Shown piece by piece: positions 1-10,572 of a DNA stretch of 64,000 nucleotides. Position 1 is the stretch's first letter. Each line of letters starts with the position of its first letter. The position numbers and the translations under genes were made by a program. Source of the DNA: Spirochaetota bacterium (GTDB lineage Bacteria > Spirochaetota > UBA4802 > UBA5550); the NCBI GenBank assembly GCA_963663865.1, contig OY760686.1, positions 1,024,001 to 1,088,000 on the forward strand. Direction: 5' to 3'. The notes under the pieces were generated by a model that was given only the letters and a program-made list of their open reading frames with translations, had not been told where the DNA came from and made no database searches.

Positions 1-116
1 CAGGACTTGAGGGTTCTGGATGTTTGAGCTCTGTCCCAGGCGCATCCGTTTTCGCTTCTGAGTATCTCCGCTATTGATTTGAGCTTCAGCAGGGCGTTTT
101 CACTTTTTATGTTCAT
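1..116 (-). CDS. mazG: MazG nucleoside triphosphate pyrophosphohydrolase, 5' part (runs off the window edge)
   Basis: Not in the ORF track. Minus strand reads MNIKSENALLKLKSIAEILRSENGCAWDRAQTSRTLKS, matching the MazG N-terminal LR..GCPWD..QT motif. GGAG RBS upstream. Confidence 0.8.
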   Translation of the reverse strand, partial: MNIKSENALLKLKSIAEILRSENGCAWDRAQTSRTLKS

Positions 117-459
117 TGCAATCTCCATGTCGATTAGTTGCTGTTTGAACTATAAGGAGCGGGCCCTGTTCTTTTCAAGACATAAAATCTTATTTATGGT
201 TTGCTGCTTAAGGCCCTGCCGCTGCGAGAAATGTATAAAACGGACTTCTACAGGGGCGCTGAAGAAGCTATTGAGGCCTTACTCCCGGCAATTAAATTGA
301 GTTTTAGCGCGAGCAGAGAGGAGGTTTGAGGATATTTTATATTGACATACTATCCTGTCAGAACAATCTGGTTTCAGCAGTTAACCGGTAAACGGCTTCC
401 TGAAATACCGGCCTTTTACGGGTTGCACTCCACTAATATTTCAAGGACGGAGGATTTCA

Positions 460-1722
460 ATGAACGAGAATATTTCCCTCAAGAGCGTTGACCCGGAAGT
501 TTATGATATTCTTAAAAAAGAAGATAAAAGACAGCAGGACAGCCTCATCCTGATCGCGTCAGAGAACTATGTGTCAAGGGCTGTGCTCGAGGCTTCATCA
601 TCAACTCTCACCAATAAATACGCTGAAGGCTATCCCGGAAAGAGGTTTTACAACGGCTGCCAGCAGGCGGATGCGATTGAATCGCTCGCGCTCGACAGGC
701 TGAAAAAGCTTTTCGGTGCCGAGTACGCCAATGTTCAGCCGCATAGCGGTGCCCAGGCTAACATGGCCGTAATGATGTCCATTCTAAAGCCCGGCGATAC
801 TTTTATGGGAATGAACCTGGCTCATGGCGGCCACCTTTCACACGGATCGCCGGTTAACTATTCGGGGCTTTACCATAATGTCGTTGCCTACGGAGTAACC
901 CCTGATACAAATCTTATCGACTACGACGAGGTTATGGCTCTCGCGAAAGAGCATAAACCCAAACTGATTATAGCTGGAGCTTCAGCGTATCCGAGGACGA
1001 TTGATTTCGTAAAGTTCAAGGAGATCGCCGATGCTGTCGGGGCAAGGCTCATGGTCGATATAGCGCATATTGCAGGCCTGGTTGCAGCCGGGGAGCATTC
1101 TTCGCCGGTAGGTCTTGCCGATTATGTTACAATGACAACACACAAAACACTGCGCGGGCCGAGGGGCGGGGTATTTCTCGCCAAAGCCGAGTACGAGAAA
1201 GAGCTTAACAAGTTTACCTTTCCCGGCATTCAGGGAGGCCCGCTAATGCATACAATCGCGGCCAAGGCTGTCTGCTTCAAGGAGGCCATGGAGCCGGGCT
1301 ACAAAGCATATCAGGAGCAGGTCGTTAAGAATGCCGCTGCCATGGCAGAGACGCTTATGTCGAGAGGCTTCAATCTGACGTCAGGTGGAACTGACAATCA
1401 CCTTATGCTCATCGACCTGAGAAACAAGGATATAACAGGAAAGGACGCGGCTGAAAGGCTCGACCAGGCTGGAATAGCATGCAACAAAAACGGTGTTCCC
1501 TTTGATGACAAGTCGCCGTTTATCACAAGCGGTATCAGGCTTGGAAGCCCGGCGCTGACAACAAGAGGGCTGAAAGAGGCCGAGTTCAGGAAGGTTGCCG
1601 AACTGATTGCAGACGTTCTGGATAATCTTTCCGATGATTCGGTGCTGCAGAAAGTCAGGGGCAGCGTGGCGGAGATATGCAGCAGCTTCCCGACAGATTT
1701 CCTGAGGCATGAAGTTGACTGA
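460..1722 (+). CDS. glyA: Serine hydroxymethyltransferase
   Basis: [37 protein letters not shown] (PLP lysine); GGAGG RBS. Confidence 0.98.
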   Translation: MNENISLKSVDPEVYDILKKEDKRQQDSLILIASENYVSRAVLEASSSTLTNKYAEGYPGKRFYNGCQQADAIESLALDRLKKLFGAEYANVQPHSGAQANMAVMMSILKPGDTFMGMNLAHGGHLSHGSPVNYSGLYHNVVAYGVTPDTNLIDYDEVMALAKEHKPKLIIAGASAYPRTIDFVKFKEIADAVGARLMVDIAHIAGLVAAGEHSSPVGLADYVTMTTHKTLRGPRGGVFLAKAEYEKELNKFTFPGIQGGPLMHTIAAKAVCFKEAMEPGYKAYQEQVVKNAAAMAETLMSRGFNLTSGGTDNHLMLIDLRNKDITGKDAAERLDQAGIACNKNGVPFDDKSPFITSGIRLGSPALTTRGLKEAEFRKVAELIADVLDNLSDDSVLQKVRGSVAEICSSFPTDFLRHEVD

Positions 1723-2536
1723 GAAAGCCCCGTTTAAGGCTTGCAGAGGCCGGATGAGATATCCGGCCCTTTTTTCAGCCGCTGCGGTTTGCACACTTCT
1801 GCTTGGCTCATGTTCCATCTTCGGCGGAGGCGTGCGTAACGTTCCTGTGCGTTTCGCGCTTACGGGCAACACATCGCCAAAGTCTCCGTATCAATGGGAG
1901 ACTGAAGCTGTTGAAATGACTGTCAGCGCCTTAAACAGGGAAAACCCTGACTTCGTAATACATACCGGAAATATGGTCTTCGGCGGAAACCGTGCCGAGG
2001 GCATCAGCCGTATAGATGTTGAGAGGCAGTTTGACAGCTTTCTTGCCTCGTTTTCCAGGCTCAATCCGGTCCTTTATACCATCTGCGGAGAGTCAGATCT
2101 TCACGACGCAACGCCATATATCTATACTGAAAAGACAAGACGTCCCCTGCGCTACAGCTTTAACTATGGAAGATATCATTTTGTGCTGATGTCCAACTTT
2201 GATTCCAAAGAAAAAGGCATTTCCAGCGAGGACATTGACTGGCTTGAAAGCGACCTTGTCCCTTTTATTTCTTCCGGGGGGATATTCATCCTGTCACACC
2301 GGGCATTGTCTCTGTCTACGGGAGAGCACAGTGGCAGGCTTCGTGAGCTGCTGAAGGCCTATCCTGTTAAGGCCCTCATTTCAGGCGAGTCTGAAGAGCG
2401 GACTGACGTGAGCGTTGACGGCGTTAGAATAATAAATACCGGCTGCGTGACGGGGTCACGGCGGAACAGCTTCCAGTACTGCGTGGCGGCATTTAGCGGC
2501 AGTGAGCTCTCAATAACATGGCACAGCGCGAGGTAA
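1709..2536 (+). CDS. Calcineurin-like metallophosphoesterase-fold lipoprotein with degenerate metal motifs
   Basis: Lipobox LLGSC; [21 protein letters not shown] and ILSHR resemble metallophosphoesterase motifs. Confidence 0.6.
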   Translation: MKLTEKAPFKACRGRMRYPALFSAAAVCTLLLGSCSIFGGGVRNVPVRFALTGNTSPKSPYQWETEAVEMTVSALNRENPDFVIHTGNMVFGGNRAEGISRIDVERQFDSFLASFSRLNPVLYTICGESDLHDATPYIYTEKTRRPLRYSFNYGRYHFVLMSNFDSKEKGISSEDIDWLESDLVPFISSGGIFILSHRALSLSTGEHSGRLRELLKAYPVKALISGESEERTDVSVDGVRIINTGCVTGSRRNSFQYCVAAFSGSELSITWHSAR

Positions 2537-2541
2537 CGGAT

Positions 2542-2826
2542 ATGGAAGGCAATGAGATTCTCCTTGACTCGACAGACGATTTTATTGATAGAATGCGCGA
2601 GCTGGATGTTACAGCTGTAGCCGCGGCGGTAATTGACGAGAAGCGGGTCAGAGAGGAAGAGCCCGGGAAGCTTTCGGTCTATCACCGGAAGAGCACCGAG
2701 CTTATAGCCTACCGGGACGCAGTTATTTACAAGTGCCGGATCGACGACGCCGATGCCGATGCACTATGCCGCCGGCTCGAAGCTGAAGGCTTTGATGTAA
2801 AGAAGACAAGCAGAAATATTGTCTGA
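2542..2826 (+). CDS. Hypothetical protein
   Basis: ORF within the operon; GAGGT RBS before ATG 2542. Confidence 0.6.
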   Translation: MEGNEILLDSTDDFIDRMRELDVTAVAAAVIDEKRVREEEPGKLSVYHRKSTELIAYRDAVIYKCRIDDADADALCRRLEAEGFDVKKTSRNIV

Positions 2827-2862
2827 TAATTACTGCCCGATGCAGATGCAAACGGAGGTCCG

Positions 2863-3828
2863 ATGTCGCCGATGTTGAAAGTTGATAAGCTGTCAGTATC
2901 CTTCAGAATGCCCGGGGGCAATCTTCTCGCCGTGAGGGACGTGTCCTTTGAAATCGAAAGGGGAGGCGCCCTCGGCATTGTCGGCGAATCGGGTTGCGGG
3001 AAGTCGGTTACCGCCTTTTCCATACTCAGGCTGATTGAGAAGCCGGGTGAGATTGTATCAGGCTCTATTCTCTACAAAGGCAGGGACATCGTCAGGATGG
3101 GCGATGATGAGCTGCGCCGCGTGCGCGGTAAAGAAATAGCAATGATCTTCCAGGAACCAATGACCTCTCTGAATCCGGTCTTTACCGTGGGAAGACAGAT
3201 ATCCGAGGTGCTCACTCTTCACTTCGGCATGAATAAAAAAGAGTCACGGGGAAGGGCGGTTGAGCTGATGGGGAAGGTGGGTATCCCCAGTCCTTCAAAG
3301 AGATATGACTCTTACCCGCATGAGTTTTCGGGGGGGATGCGCCAGCGTATAATGATTGCCATGGCCCTGGCAGGCGAGCCGTCGCTGCTCATAGCGGATG
3401 AGCCCACAACAGCGCTTGATGTTACCATTCAGGCGCAGATACTTGACCTGCTCATGAAGATACAGGAGGAGCGCGAGATGGCGCTCATTCTGATAACGCA
3501 TGACCTCGGTGTCGTTGCCAATACATGTTCAAAGGTCGCGGTAATGTATTCAGGCGAGATGGCAGAGACTGCTGATACCGCTTCGATATTCAAGGCGCCT
3601 ATGCATCCGTATACCAGAGGCCTCTTTGAGGCAATACCTCAACCGGGCCGGGGTGATGAAAGGCTTTACACAATACCCGGTACGGTCCCGTATCTAATGG
3701 AAGAACCGGAAGGATGTGTTTTTGCTCCGCGCTGCTTTCAGGCTTCCGACGAGTGTCTGCGCGGCAGGATCGCTCTCGAGGAAAAGACAGGCGGGCATTC
3801 TGTGCGCTGCATAAAGCCGCTGGTTTGA
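2863..3828 (+). CDS. oppD: Oligopeptide/dipeptide ABC transporter ATP-binding subunit
   Basis: [41 protein letters not shown]-terminal HPYT and GC.FAPRC. Confidence 0.92.
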   Translation: MSPMLKVDKLSVSFRMPGGNLLAVRDVSFEIERGGALGIVGESGCGKSVTAFSILRLIEKPGEIVSGSILYKGRDIVRMGDDELRRVRGKEIAMIFQEPMTSLNPVFTVGRQISEVLTLHFGMNKKESRGRAVELMGKVGIPSPSKRYDSYPHEFSGGMRQRIMIAMALAGEPSLLIADEPTTALDVTIQAQILDLLMKIQEEREMALILITHDLGVVANTCSKVAVMYSGEMAETADTASIFKAPMHPYTRGLFEAIPQPGRGDERLYTIPGTVPYLMEEPEGCVFAPRCFQASDECLRGRIALEEKTGGHSVRCIKPLV

Positions 3829-3957
3829 TAAAAGTTCAGCGGTGAGCTTTCGTCCGCTGTTCAGTGTCCCCGCTTTAACAGGGCTTCTGAATACATAAGC
3901 TGCTATACTGTGACGAAGACTTTTAACAATCTGAAGCATGCTCGATGAACGTGAGAT

Positions 3958-5481
3958 TCAGCTTACAAGGCCGGCGTAGTTCCTGGCCAGGTTCTTGTAG
4001 CCAACTGCTTCCAGCACATGGCGTTTTGATATGTTTTCCGAGCCCTCAATGTCTGCGATGGTTCTCGCTACCTTCAGAATTTTAAAGTACGACCTTGCTG
4101 AAAGCTTCATCATCTTTACGGCTGATTCAAGAATGCCCTCTGTGGCCGGCTCAATGCGGCAGTGCTCCCGTATCTGCGGAATGGTCATGCGGGAGTTGTA
4201 CAGTGTGCGGCTTCCGGTAAATCGAAGCTTTTGAACCTCGCGTGCCTTCATAACCCTTCTCAGAATACTTTTTGAATCTTCCGCGTGTGATGCAGTTGAT
4301 ATGTCCTTGAAGCTTACACGGTTCATAAGGACTTCAATGTCTATACGGTCAAGTATGGGGCCGGAGATTTTCTGGTAGTATCCGCTTATGCTTTTGGGCC
4401 GGCAGCTGCAGGGCACCTCCGGGTCAAACAGATAACCGCAGCCGCATGGATTGGTCGACGCTATAAGCATGAAGTCAGCCGGGAAGGTCTGTGAGCCGGA
4501 TGCCCGCGATATTGTAATCTCATGGTTTTCAAGGGGCTGCCTGAGTGCCTGAATAACATTGCTTCTGAATTCAACGAACTCGTCGAGAAACAATACTCCG
4601 TTGTGTGAAAGGGAAATCTCTCCTACCCCGGGCAGGTGGCCGCCTCCGACAAGCGCCGCGTCTGAAGAGGTGTGGTGCGGAGAGCAGAACGGAGGCATCA
4701 TGATAAGGCTTCCTCCAGGAGAAAGTTTCCCGGCCGCGGAATGGATCATTGTTGTTTCTACTGAGCGGTCGTATTCAAGCTGAGGCATTATGGACTGGAC
4801 CCGTTTCGCCAGCATGGTCTTGCCGGCACCCGGAGGTCCGTAGAGAAGAATATTATGGCTGCCTGCCGCGGCTACTTCAAGCGCCCTCTTGGCAGTCTCC
4901 TGCCCTCTGACATCAGAAAAGTCAGGGAGCGGAGCGGGCTCCGCTTCAGGCGCCGTTCCTTTGAAAGGTTCAGGCCGTTTTTGCAGAATCTCAATTGTAT
5001 TTCGGAGGCTGTTCACCGGGAAAACAGAGATTTGATGAACGGCCGCTGCCTCAAAGCGGTTTTCTTCCGGTACAATGATTGAATTGAAACCGTTCCGAGT
5101 CAGGGCTATAGACATTGATATTGCCCCTTTGACGGGTTTGACGCGGCCGTCAAGTGAGAGCTCGCCAACCATGGGAACTGTCTGTGATGTCAGCGATATC
5201 TGACCGGTGGCCCTAAGAATGCATACCGCGATGGGCAGGTCGAAGTTAGCGCCCTGTTTTTTGAATCCTGCGGGTGCAAGGTTCACCACAAAGTTGCATG
5301 GAGGAAATTCATAGCCCGAGTTTTCTATTGCAGATCTTATGCGATCCTTCGACTCCCTTATTGTGGAATCCGGCAGACCCACAATAGTGAATCCGGGCAG
5401 GCCCTTGATTATGTCGACTTCAATCTCGACGATTCTCGCGTCGATTCCGTTAATGGCCAGAGAGAACGCGCCAGAAATCAT
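3958..5481 (-). CDS. comM: YifB/ComM Mg-chelatase-like AAA+ ATPase
   Basis: IVGLPD..IRES, NLAPA, GELSLDG, GPPGAGKT, HNGVLFLDE, NPCGCG; start at 5481 chosen from the GGAG RBS. Confidence 0.93.
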   Translation of the reverse strand: MISGAFSLAINGIDARIVEIEVDIIKGLPGFTIVGLPDSTIRESKDRIRSAIENSGYEFPPCNFVVNLAPAGFKKQGANFDLPIAVCILRATGQISLTSQTVPMVGELSLDGRVKPVKGAISMSIALTRNGFNSIIVPEENRFEAAAVHQISVFPVNSLRNTIEILQKRPEPFKGTAPEAEPAPLPDFSDVRGQETAKRALEVAAAGSHNILLYGPPGAGKTMLAKRVQSIMPQLEYDRSVETTMIHSAAGKLSPGGSLIMMPPFCSPHHTSSDAALVGGGHLPGVGEISLSHNGVLFLDEFVEFRSNVIQALRQPLENHEITISRASGSQTFPADFMLIASTNPCGCGYLFDPEVPCSCRPKSISGYYQKISGPILDRIDIEVLMNRVSFKDISTASHAEDSKSILRRVMKAREVQKLRFTGSRTLYNSRMTIPQIREHCRIEPATEGILESAVKMMKLSARSYFKILKVARTIADIEGSENISKRHVLEAVGYKNLARNYAGLVS

Positions 5482-5739
5482 AAAATATCTCCAAATGACA
5501 GACAATAATCTGCTTCGAAGAGATAACGGATGAGTCGGACAAAAATAAAAAAAATGGCAGAAAAAAGGATGAAACTTATATCAATTATGGGTATCAAAAA
5601 CGGGCAAGGTGCAAAAACTGATATATCAAGGATTCGATAGATATATTCTTATGAATGTGTTGTTATTGACCATGGGTTGAACATATTCGGGATCGATAAT
5701 ACGGCTGTTCCGGTATATAAACCCTCCTAAAATAGTGTT

Positions 5740-5772
5740 GACAAAGGAGGAGTCCCTGGCTCCTCCTTTGTC
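5740..5772 (-). terminator. Hairpin downstream of polA, likely intrinsic terminator
   Basis: GACAAAGGAGGAG-tccctgg-CTCCTCCTTTGTC, a perfect 13-bp stem just after the polA stop. Confidence 0.6.
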
Positions 5773-5781
5773 TAAATTAAT

Positions 5782-8490
5782 TTAGTGAGCTTCATCCCAG
5801 GTTTTTCCGAAACCGCAGGTGACCTCAACGGGCACTTTCAGCTCAATCGCGTTCCGCATCTCTTCAGTCACGAGGCTTTTAACACTTTCAAGCTCATCTT
5901 CGGCGGTTTCAAGAACGAGTTCATCGTGCACCTGCATTATAAGGCGGCTCCTGAGCGATGAAGAGATGAGGCTTTCGTGAATCCTTATCATGGCAATTTT
6001 TATCATGTCCGCGGAAGTACCCTGAATCGGAGTGTTTATGGCTATTCGTTCTGCGCCCTCGCGCCTGAACTGCGCCGAAGAGTCAATTTCCGGAATAGCC
6101 CTTCTTCTTCCGAGCATTGTTTCGACATATCCGTGTTCTTTAGCGAAGGCAATGGTCCGGTCCATATAGTCCTTGAACCCCGGATATGTTTCAAAGTATA
6201 ACCTGATAAACTCCGCTGCCTCTTTGACGCCGATCTCGGCCTGCTGAGAAAGCCCGAAAGGTGATACGCCGTAAATCGTTGCAAAGTTGATAATCTTTGC
6301 CTGACGGCGCATCTCGGGGGTGACATCGTCAAGCCCTACGCCGAAGACTGAAGCTGCCGTTTTCGTATGAATGTCAACTCCGTCAATGAAGGCAGCTATC
6401 ATATTCTCATCGCCCGAGAGGTGAGCGGCGAGTCTCAGTTCAATCTGTGAATAGTCGGCCGCCAGGATCAGGAAACCCTTCTGAGCTACAAAACCAGCCC
6501 TTATTTTTCTACCGAACTCGGTCCGTATGGGTATGTTCTGCAAATTGGGGTCTGAAGATGAAAGCCTTCCTGTGGCTACAACAGTCTGATTATATGAGGT
6601 GTGTATGCGTCCGGTCAAAGGGTTGATGAGCTTTGGCAGTGCGTCAATGTATGTTCCGCCAAGCTTGCTCAGAGTCCTGTAGCTTATCAGGTGGTCAACA
6701 ATAGCGTGGTGTCCCCTCAGCGCTTCGAGTACGGTGATGTCAGTTGAAAAGCCTGTCTTGGTTTTCTTGACGGGCTTGAGCCCCAGTCTGTCAAACAGAA
6801 CGGCTGACAGCTCTTTTGTTGAATTGATGTTGAACCGTCCGTCTGCTTCTTTAAAAATATTTTCCTGCGTATCGAAAAGCAGCTTTTCATTTTCAGCGGA
6901 GAGTGCCGCAAAGTGTTCCGTGTCAATAAGGACTCCCGCTGCCTCCATGTCCGCCAGGACCTGAACGAGCTTCATCTCAACATTGAAGAACAAATCTTCA
7001 AGTCCTTCTTTTTTTATGCGGGGTTCAAAGATACGGTAAAGCCTGAGTGCGATGTCGGCGTCTTCTATCGCGTAGTCAGCAAGCTTCTCAAGCTCGACCT
7101 CAGAAATCGATAACGCGTTTTTTCCCGTACCGGTGAGTTCTTTATAGGTTGTTGTTTTGTAGTTAAGGTGCTGCATGGCCATGTCGTCAAGGTTGTGCCT
7201 GCGTTCTGACGCGTCAAGGATGTATGACGCTACCATTGTATCGAAGTAAACCCCCGCTAGCCTGATGCCATGTCTGGCGAGTACTATGATGTCGTACTTG
7301 ATATTCTGTCCTACCTTTCTTACCGCATCATCTTCGAGTAGAGGTTTGACAGCGGCGAGAGATTCCGACGGATCCATGTGTCCCTCGCTGAAAAGCCCAG
7401 AGCTTATCATCGGAATGTACCAGCCCTGCGAGTCCTCAATCGAGAATGATATTCCAACAAGGTCGGCGGCAGCGGGCGAAATAGATGTTGTTTCGGTGTC
7501 AACAGAGACTGTCCCTGCAATACTGATCTGCTTCAGCATATCTGTGAGTTCATTGATGTCCCGTATTATGCGGTAGTCTTTCTGTTTCGACACGGTTTCG
7601 TTTTGGGGGGTGGATGTTGACCCTCCGTCGTAGTAGTCTTTTACCAGGGCGTTCATCTCATGCTCCTCGAAAAACTTCCGTGTCGCAGTGGTCATTATTC
7701 CCCCCAGAGAAAAGGGAGATGTGTCAATGTCAATGCTCACTTCCGTCCGGATGGTTGCCAGGTTGCGGCTGAGCTCGGCCGATTCACGGCCCTCCTCAAG
7801 AAGCTTGCGCTGCCTCGGCTGAACATCTTCAATGCGCCGGTAAATCTCATCAAGGCTGCCGAACTCGGCGATAAGCTTTTGGGCGCTCTTTTCTCCGATG
7901 CCGGGGACGCCCGGAATATTATCGGATGAGTCTCCCATCAGAGCAAGGTAGTCCACCATCTGGGACGGAGATATTCCGAGTTTGCTGCTAACCTCTTCGG
8001 GGCCCATTATCTCATATTCGGAAATACCCTTCTTCGGAGCCAGAATGCTTACGCCGTCCTTCAGGAGCTGGAAAGCGTCCTTGTCGCCGGTAACGAGGAC
8101 AACTTCAAAACCGAGCGATGAGTATTTGGCCGCGGCCGATCCCAGAAGGTCGTCGGCCTCATATTCATCATTTTCCAGTACGGGCAGGCCCATTGTTTCA
8201 ACCATTCTCTTTATCTCGTTGATCTGAGATTTGAGATCTTCGGGAGTCTTCTGTCTTGTAGCCTTATACGGTTCGTAGAGCCTGAACCTGAACGACTTTA
8301 CCGGAGGATCGAATGCTACTGCAAGGCAGTCAGGCTTCTGGTCTTCGGCGAGCTTGAAAAGCATTCTGGCAAACCCGTATATCGCCGATGTGTTCTGTCC
8401 CTTTGAGTTCACGAGCGGATTTCTCATGAAAGCGTAATAGGCCCGGTAGCAGAGAGCGTGGCCGTCTATAATAAAAAGGCGTGTTTTCAC
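5782..8490 (-). CDS. polA: DNA polymerase I (5'-3' exonuclease, 3'-5' exonuclease, polymerase)
   Basis: IDGH..YRAY, EADD, GDSSDNIPGVPGIG, DTET, TGRLSSSDPNLQNIP, DYSQIELR, QVHDEL. Confidence 0.98.
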   Translation of the reverse strand: MKTRLFIIDGHALCYRAYYAFMRNPLVNSKGQNTSAIYGFARMLFKLAEDQKPDCLAVAFDPPVKSFRFRLYEPYKATRQKTPEDLKSQINEIKRMVETMGLPVLENDEYEADDLLGSAAAKYSSLGFEVVLVTGDKDAFQLLKDGVSILAPKKGISEYEIMGPEEVSSKLGISPSQMVDYLALMGDSSDNIPGVPGIGEKSAQKLIAEFGSLDEIYRRIEDVQPRQRKLLEEGRESAELSRNLATIRTEVSIDIDTSPFSLGGIMTTATRKFFEEHEMNALVKDYYDGGSTSTPQNETVSKQKDYRIIRDINELTDMLKQISIAGTVSVDTETTSISPAAADLVGISFSIEDSQGWYIPMISSGLFSEGHMDPSESLAAVKPLLEDDAVRKVGQNIKYDIIVLARHGIRLAGVYFDTMVASYILDASERRHNLDDMAMQHLNYKTTTYKELTGTGKNALSISEVELEKLADYAIEDADIALRLYRIFEPRIKKEGLEDLFFNVEMKLVQVLADMEAAGVLIDTEHFAALSAENEKLLFDTQENIFKEADGRFNINSTKELSAVLFDRLGLKPVKKTKTGFSTDITVLEALRGHHAIVDHLISYRTLSKLGGTYIDALPKLINPLTGRIHTSYNQTVVATGRLSSSDPNLQNIPIRTEFGRKIRAGFVAQKGFLILAADYSQIELRLAAHLSGDENMIAAFIDGVDIHTKTAASVFGVGLDDVTPEMRRQAKIINFATIYGVSPFGLSQQAEIGVKEAAEFIRLYFETYPGFKDYMDRTIAFAKEHGYVETMLGRRRAIPEIDSSAQFRREGAERIAINTPIQGTSADMIKIAMIRIHESLISSSLRSRLIMQVHDELVLETAEDELESVKSLVTEEMRNAIELKVPVEVTCGFGKTWDEAH

Positions 8491-8802
8491 GTAGTATCTC
8501 CAATCAAAGTAATTATTCTATCATAGCCCGCGGGGGCGTGACTGTCAACCTGCATTTAGAAGCGTTGAATAACACGGGGAATTATGAGAGTGGAAAAGGT
8601 ATAAATAAGTTAGATAAATAAAACATGTTGACACTTAAAGGACTTTTCTGTAATGGGAGTATAAATAAACAATGTTCACTATAGAGGAAGCCTGACTTAA
8701 ATGATTTTGAAATAACGTTTTTCGATGAAGCATTACCAGTGCGTAAAACGGGAACTGCACGGCAGTGCCCTGTCAAAATATTATACTTAAGGATATATTC
8801 CA

Positions 8803-10572
8803 ATGAATACCTTATTAAAACTTCAGTATTTTATGGCCGGAAGGAAGATGCTTCTTCCAGGGGCCCTTGTATTGTCCGTAATAAGCGCGATTACCGGCAT
8901 TGCGCCGTTTATATTTATCTGGATGATTGTCAGTGAACTGTTTGGCGGGGGGGCTGGTTCATCACGGACAATAGCATTCTGTGCCTGGTGGGCCGTTGGT
9001 ACCTCGGCGGCAAGCATATTATTTTATTTTCTGGCTCTAACATTTTCTCACCTTGCCGCTTTTAGGGTTGAAGCGAATATAAGGAAATTCGCGATGCGAA
9101 AAATAATCAGATTGCCTCTGGGGTACTTCGATAAAAACACTTCGGGCAGAATCCGTAAGGTGGTTGATGAGAACGCAAGTATTACACACAGCTTTCTTGC
9201 CCACCAGCTTCCTGATCTTGCCGGTACAGTGATAATTCCTCTGGCGGTGATTGCGCTTATTTTCATTTTTGACTGGCGGCTTGGCCTTGCCTGCGTTGCT
9301 CCAATTGTCATATCAATGACCTTATTCGGTGCAATGATGAACACCGAGGGAAAGAGGTTCATGAATAACTACATGACATCTCTTGAAGAAATGAATACTG
9401 AAGCAGTTGAATACGTGCGCGGAATACCAGTTGTCAAGGTATTTCAGCGGACCGTATTTTCCTTCAAGAATTTTTATAATAGCATTATAAAATACAAGGA
9501 AATGGTCTTCAGATATACATGTCTATGGGAAAAGCCAATGTCGGCGTACACTGTTTTTATCAATGGATTCTCATTTTTTCTGGTACCTGCCGCGATTTTG
9601 CTAATTAACAACTCGGGAAATCACAGGGGAGTAATTGTAAACCTTTTTCTGTATGTCCTGATAACGCCTTTTTTTTCTCAGAGCATTATGCGGAGTATGC
9701 ATCTCAGGCAGGCGATGGCACAGGCGTCAGAGGCAGTTAGAAGGTTAGAGGAGATAACCGACTCGGCATTGCTTCCTGCTCCTCTGGAAGCCCGGAGCCC
9801 GAATGGTTTTGCTGTCAGCTTCAGAGATGTATCTTTCGGCTATCCAGGATCGGAGTCAAAGGCTATCAGCGGGATAACCTTTGATGTTCCGGAAGGGAAA
9901 ACCGTAGCTCTTGTTGGAGCATCTGGCAGCGGTAAAACAACAATTGCCAGAATGGTTCCCCGCTTCTGGGACGTGGATGCCGGGAAAGTTCTTATCGGTG
10001 GAGTTAATGTCAGAGACATGAATCCTGAAAAACTTATGAGGAACATATCTTTTGTGTTTCAAAACACTCATCTCTTTAAAACTACATTGCTTGAAAACAT
10101 AAAGCTGGGAAATCCGTCCGCTTCAATTGAACAGATTGAGCAGGCTCTTGATATGGCACAGTGCCGTGATATTATTAACGGACTCAGGGACGGGCTTAAT
10201 ACCAAAATCGGGGTGGAAGGAACATATCTTTCCGGCGGAGAACAGCAGCGGATTGTATTAGCGCGGGCATTTTTAAAGAACGCACCGGTCGTAATACTTG
10301 ATGAGGCAACCGCTTTCGCTGATCCGGAGAATGAACATATGATTCAGAAAGCATTAAGAAAGCTGATGAAGGGGAAAACAGTGCTGATGATAGCACACAG
10401 ACTTACGAGCGTTGTTGATGCTGATGAGATTCTTGTTATCGACGGCGGCATTATCGTCGAGCGAGGAACCCATGAGGAGCTTATCAATAAGAAAGGGGTT
10501 TATTCACGAATGTGGGAGGATTATCAAAAATCTATAAAATGGTCTATAGGAAAGGAGGCCCTGTATGTTTGA
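8803..10572 (+). CDS. ABC transporter permease/ATP-binding subunit, IrtA/YbtP-like heterodimer half
   Basis: TMD followed by GASGSGKT, LSGGEQQR, LDEATAFADPENE. Confidence 0.88.
   Translation: MNTLLKLQYFMAGRKMLLPGALVLSVISAITGIAPFIFIWMIVSELFGGGAGSSRTIAFCAWWAVGTSAASILFYFLALTFSHLAAFRVEANIRKFAMRKIIRLPLGYFDKNTSGRIRKVVDENASITHSFLAHQLPDLAGTVIIPLAVIALIFIFDWRLGLACVAPIVISMTLFGAMMNTEGKRFMNNYMTSLEEMNTEAVEYVRGIPVVKVFQRTVFSFKNFYNSIIKYKEMVFRYTCLWEKPMSAYTVFINGFSFFLVPAAILLINNSGNHRGVIVNLFLYVLITPFFSQSIMRSMHLRQAMAQASEAVRRLEEITDSALLPAPLEARSPNGFAVSFRDVSFGYPGSESKAISGITFDVPEGKTVALVGASGSGKTTIARMVPRFWDVDAGKVLIGGVNVRDMNPEKLMRNISFVFQNTHLFKTTLLENIKLGNPSASIEQIEQALDMAQCRDIINGLRDGLNTKIGVEGTYLSGGEQQRIVLARAFLKNAPVVILDEATAFADPENEHMIQKALRKLMKGKTVLMIAHRLTSVVDADEILVIDGGIIVERGTHEELINKKGVYSRMWEDYQKSIKWSIGKEALYV

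Noticed and set aside
79-300. 73-aa plus-strand ORF
   Set aside because: Overlaps the minus-strand mazG start and its promoter region; no protein-like features
340-459. Possible ZTP or glycine riboswitch before glyA
   Set aside because: No consensus elements of either class; only TTGACA within a short TGACA-N8-TGTCA palindrome
5583-5730. Minus-strand AGGAGG between polA and comM suggesting a small gene
   Set aside because: No properly spaced standard start codon; only short frames
8725-8780. Cobalamin-riboswitch-like AAAACGGGAA before the ABC pair
   Set aside because: The rest of the core and the B12 box are missing
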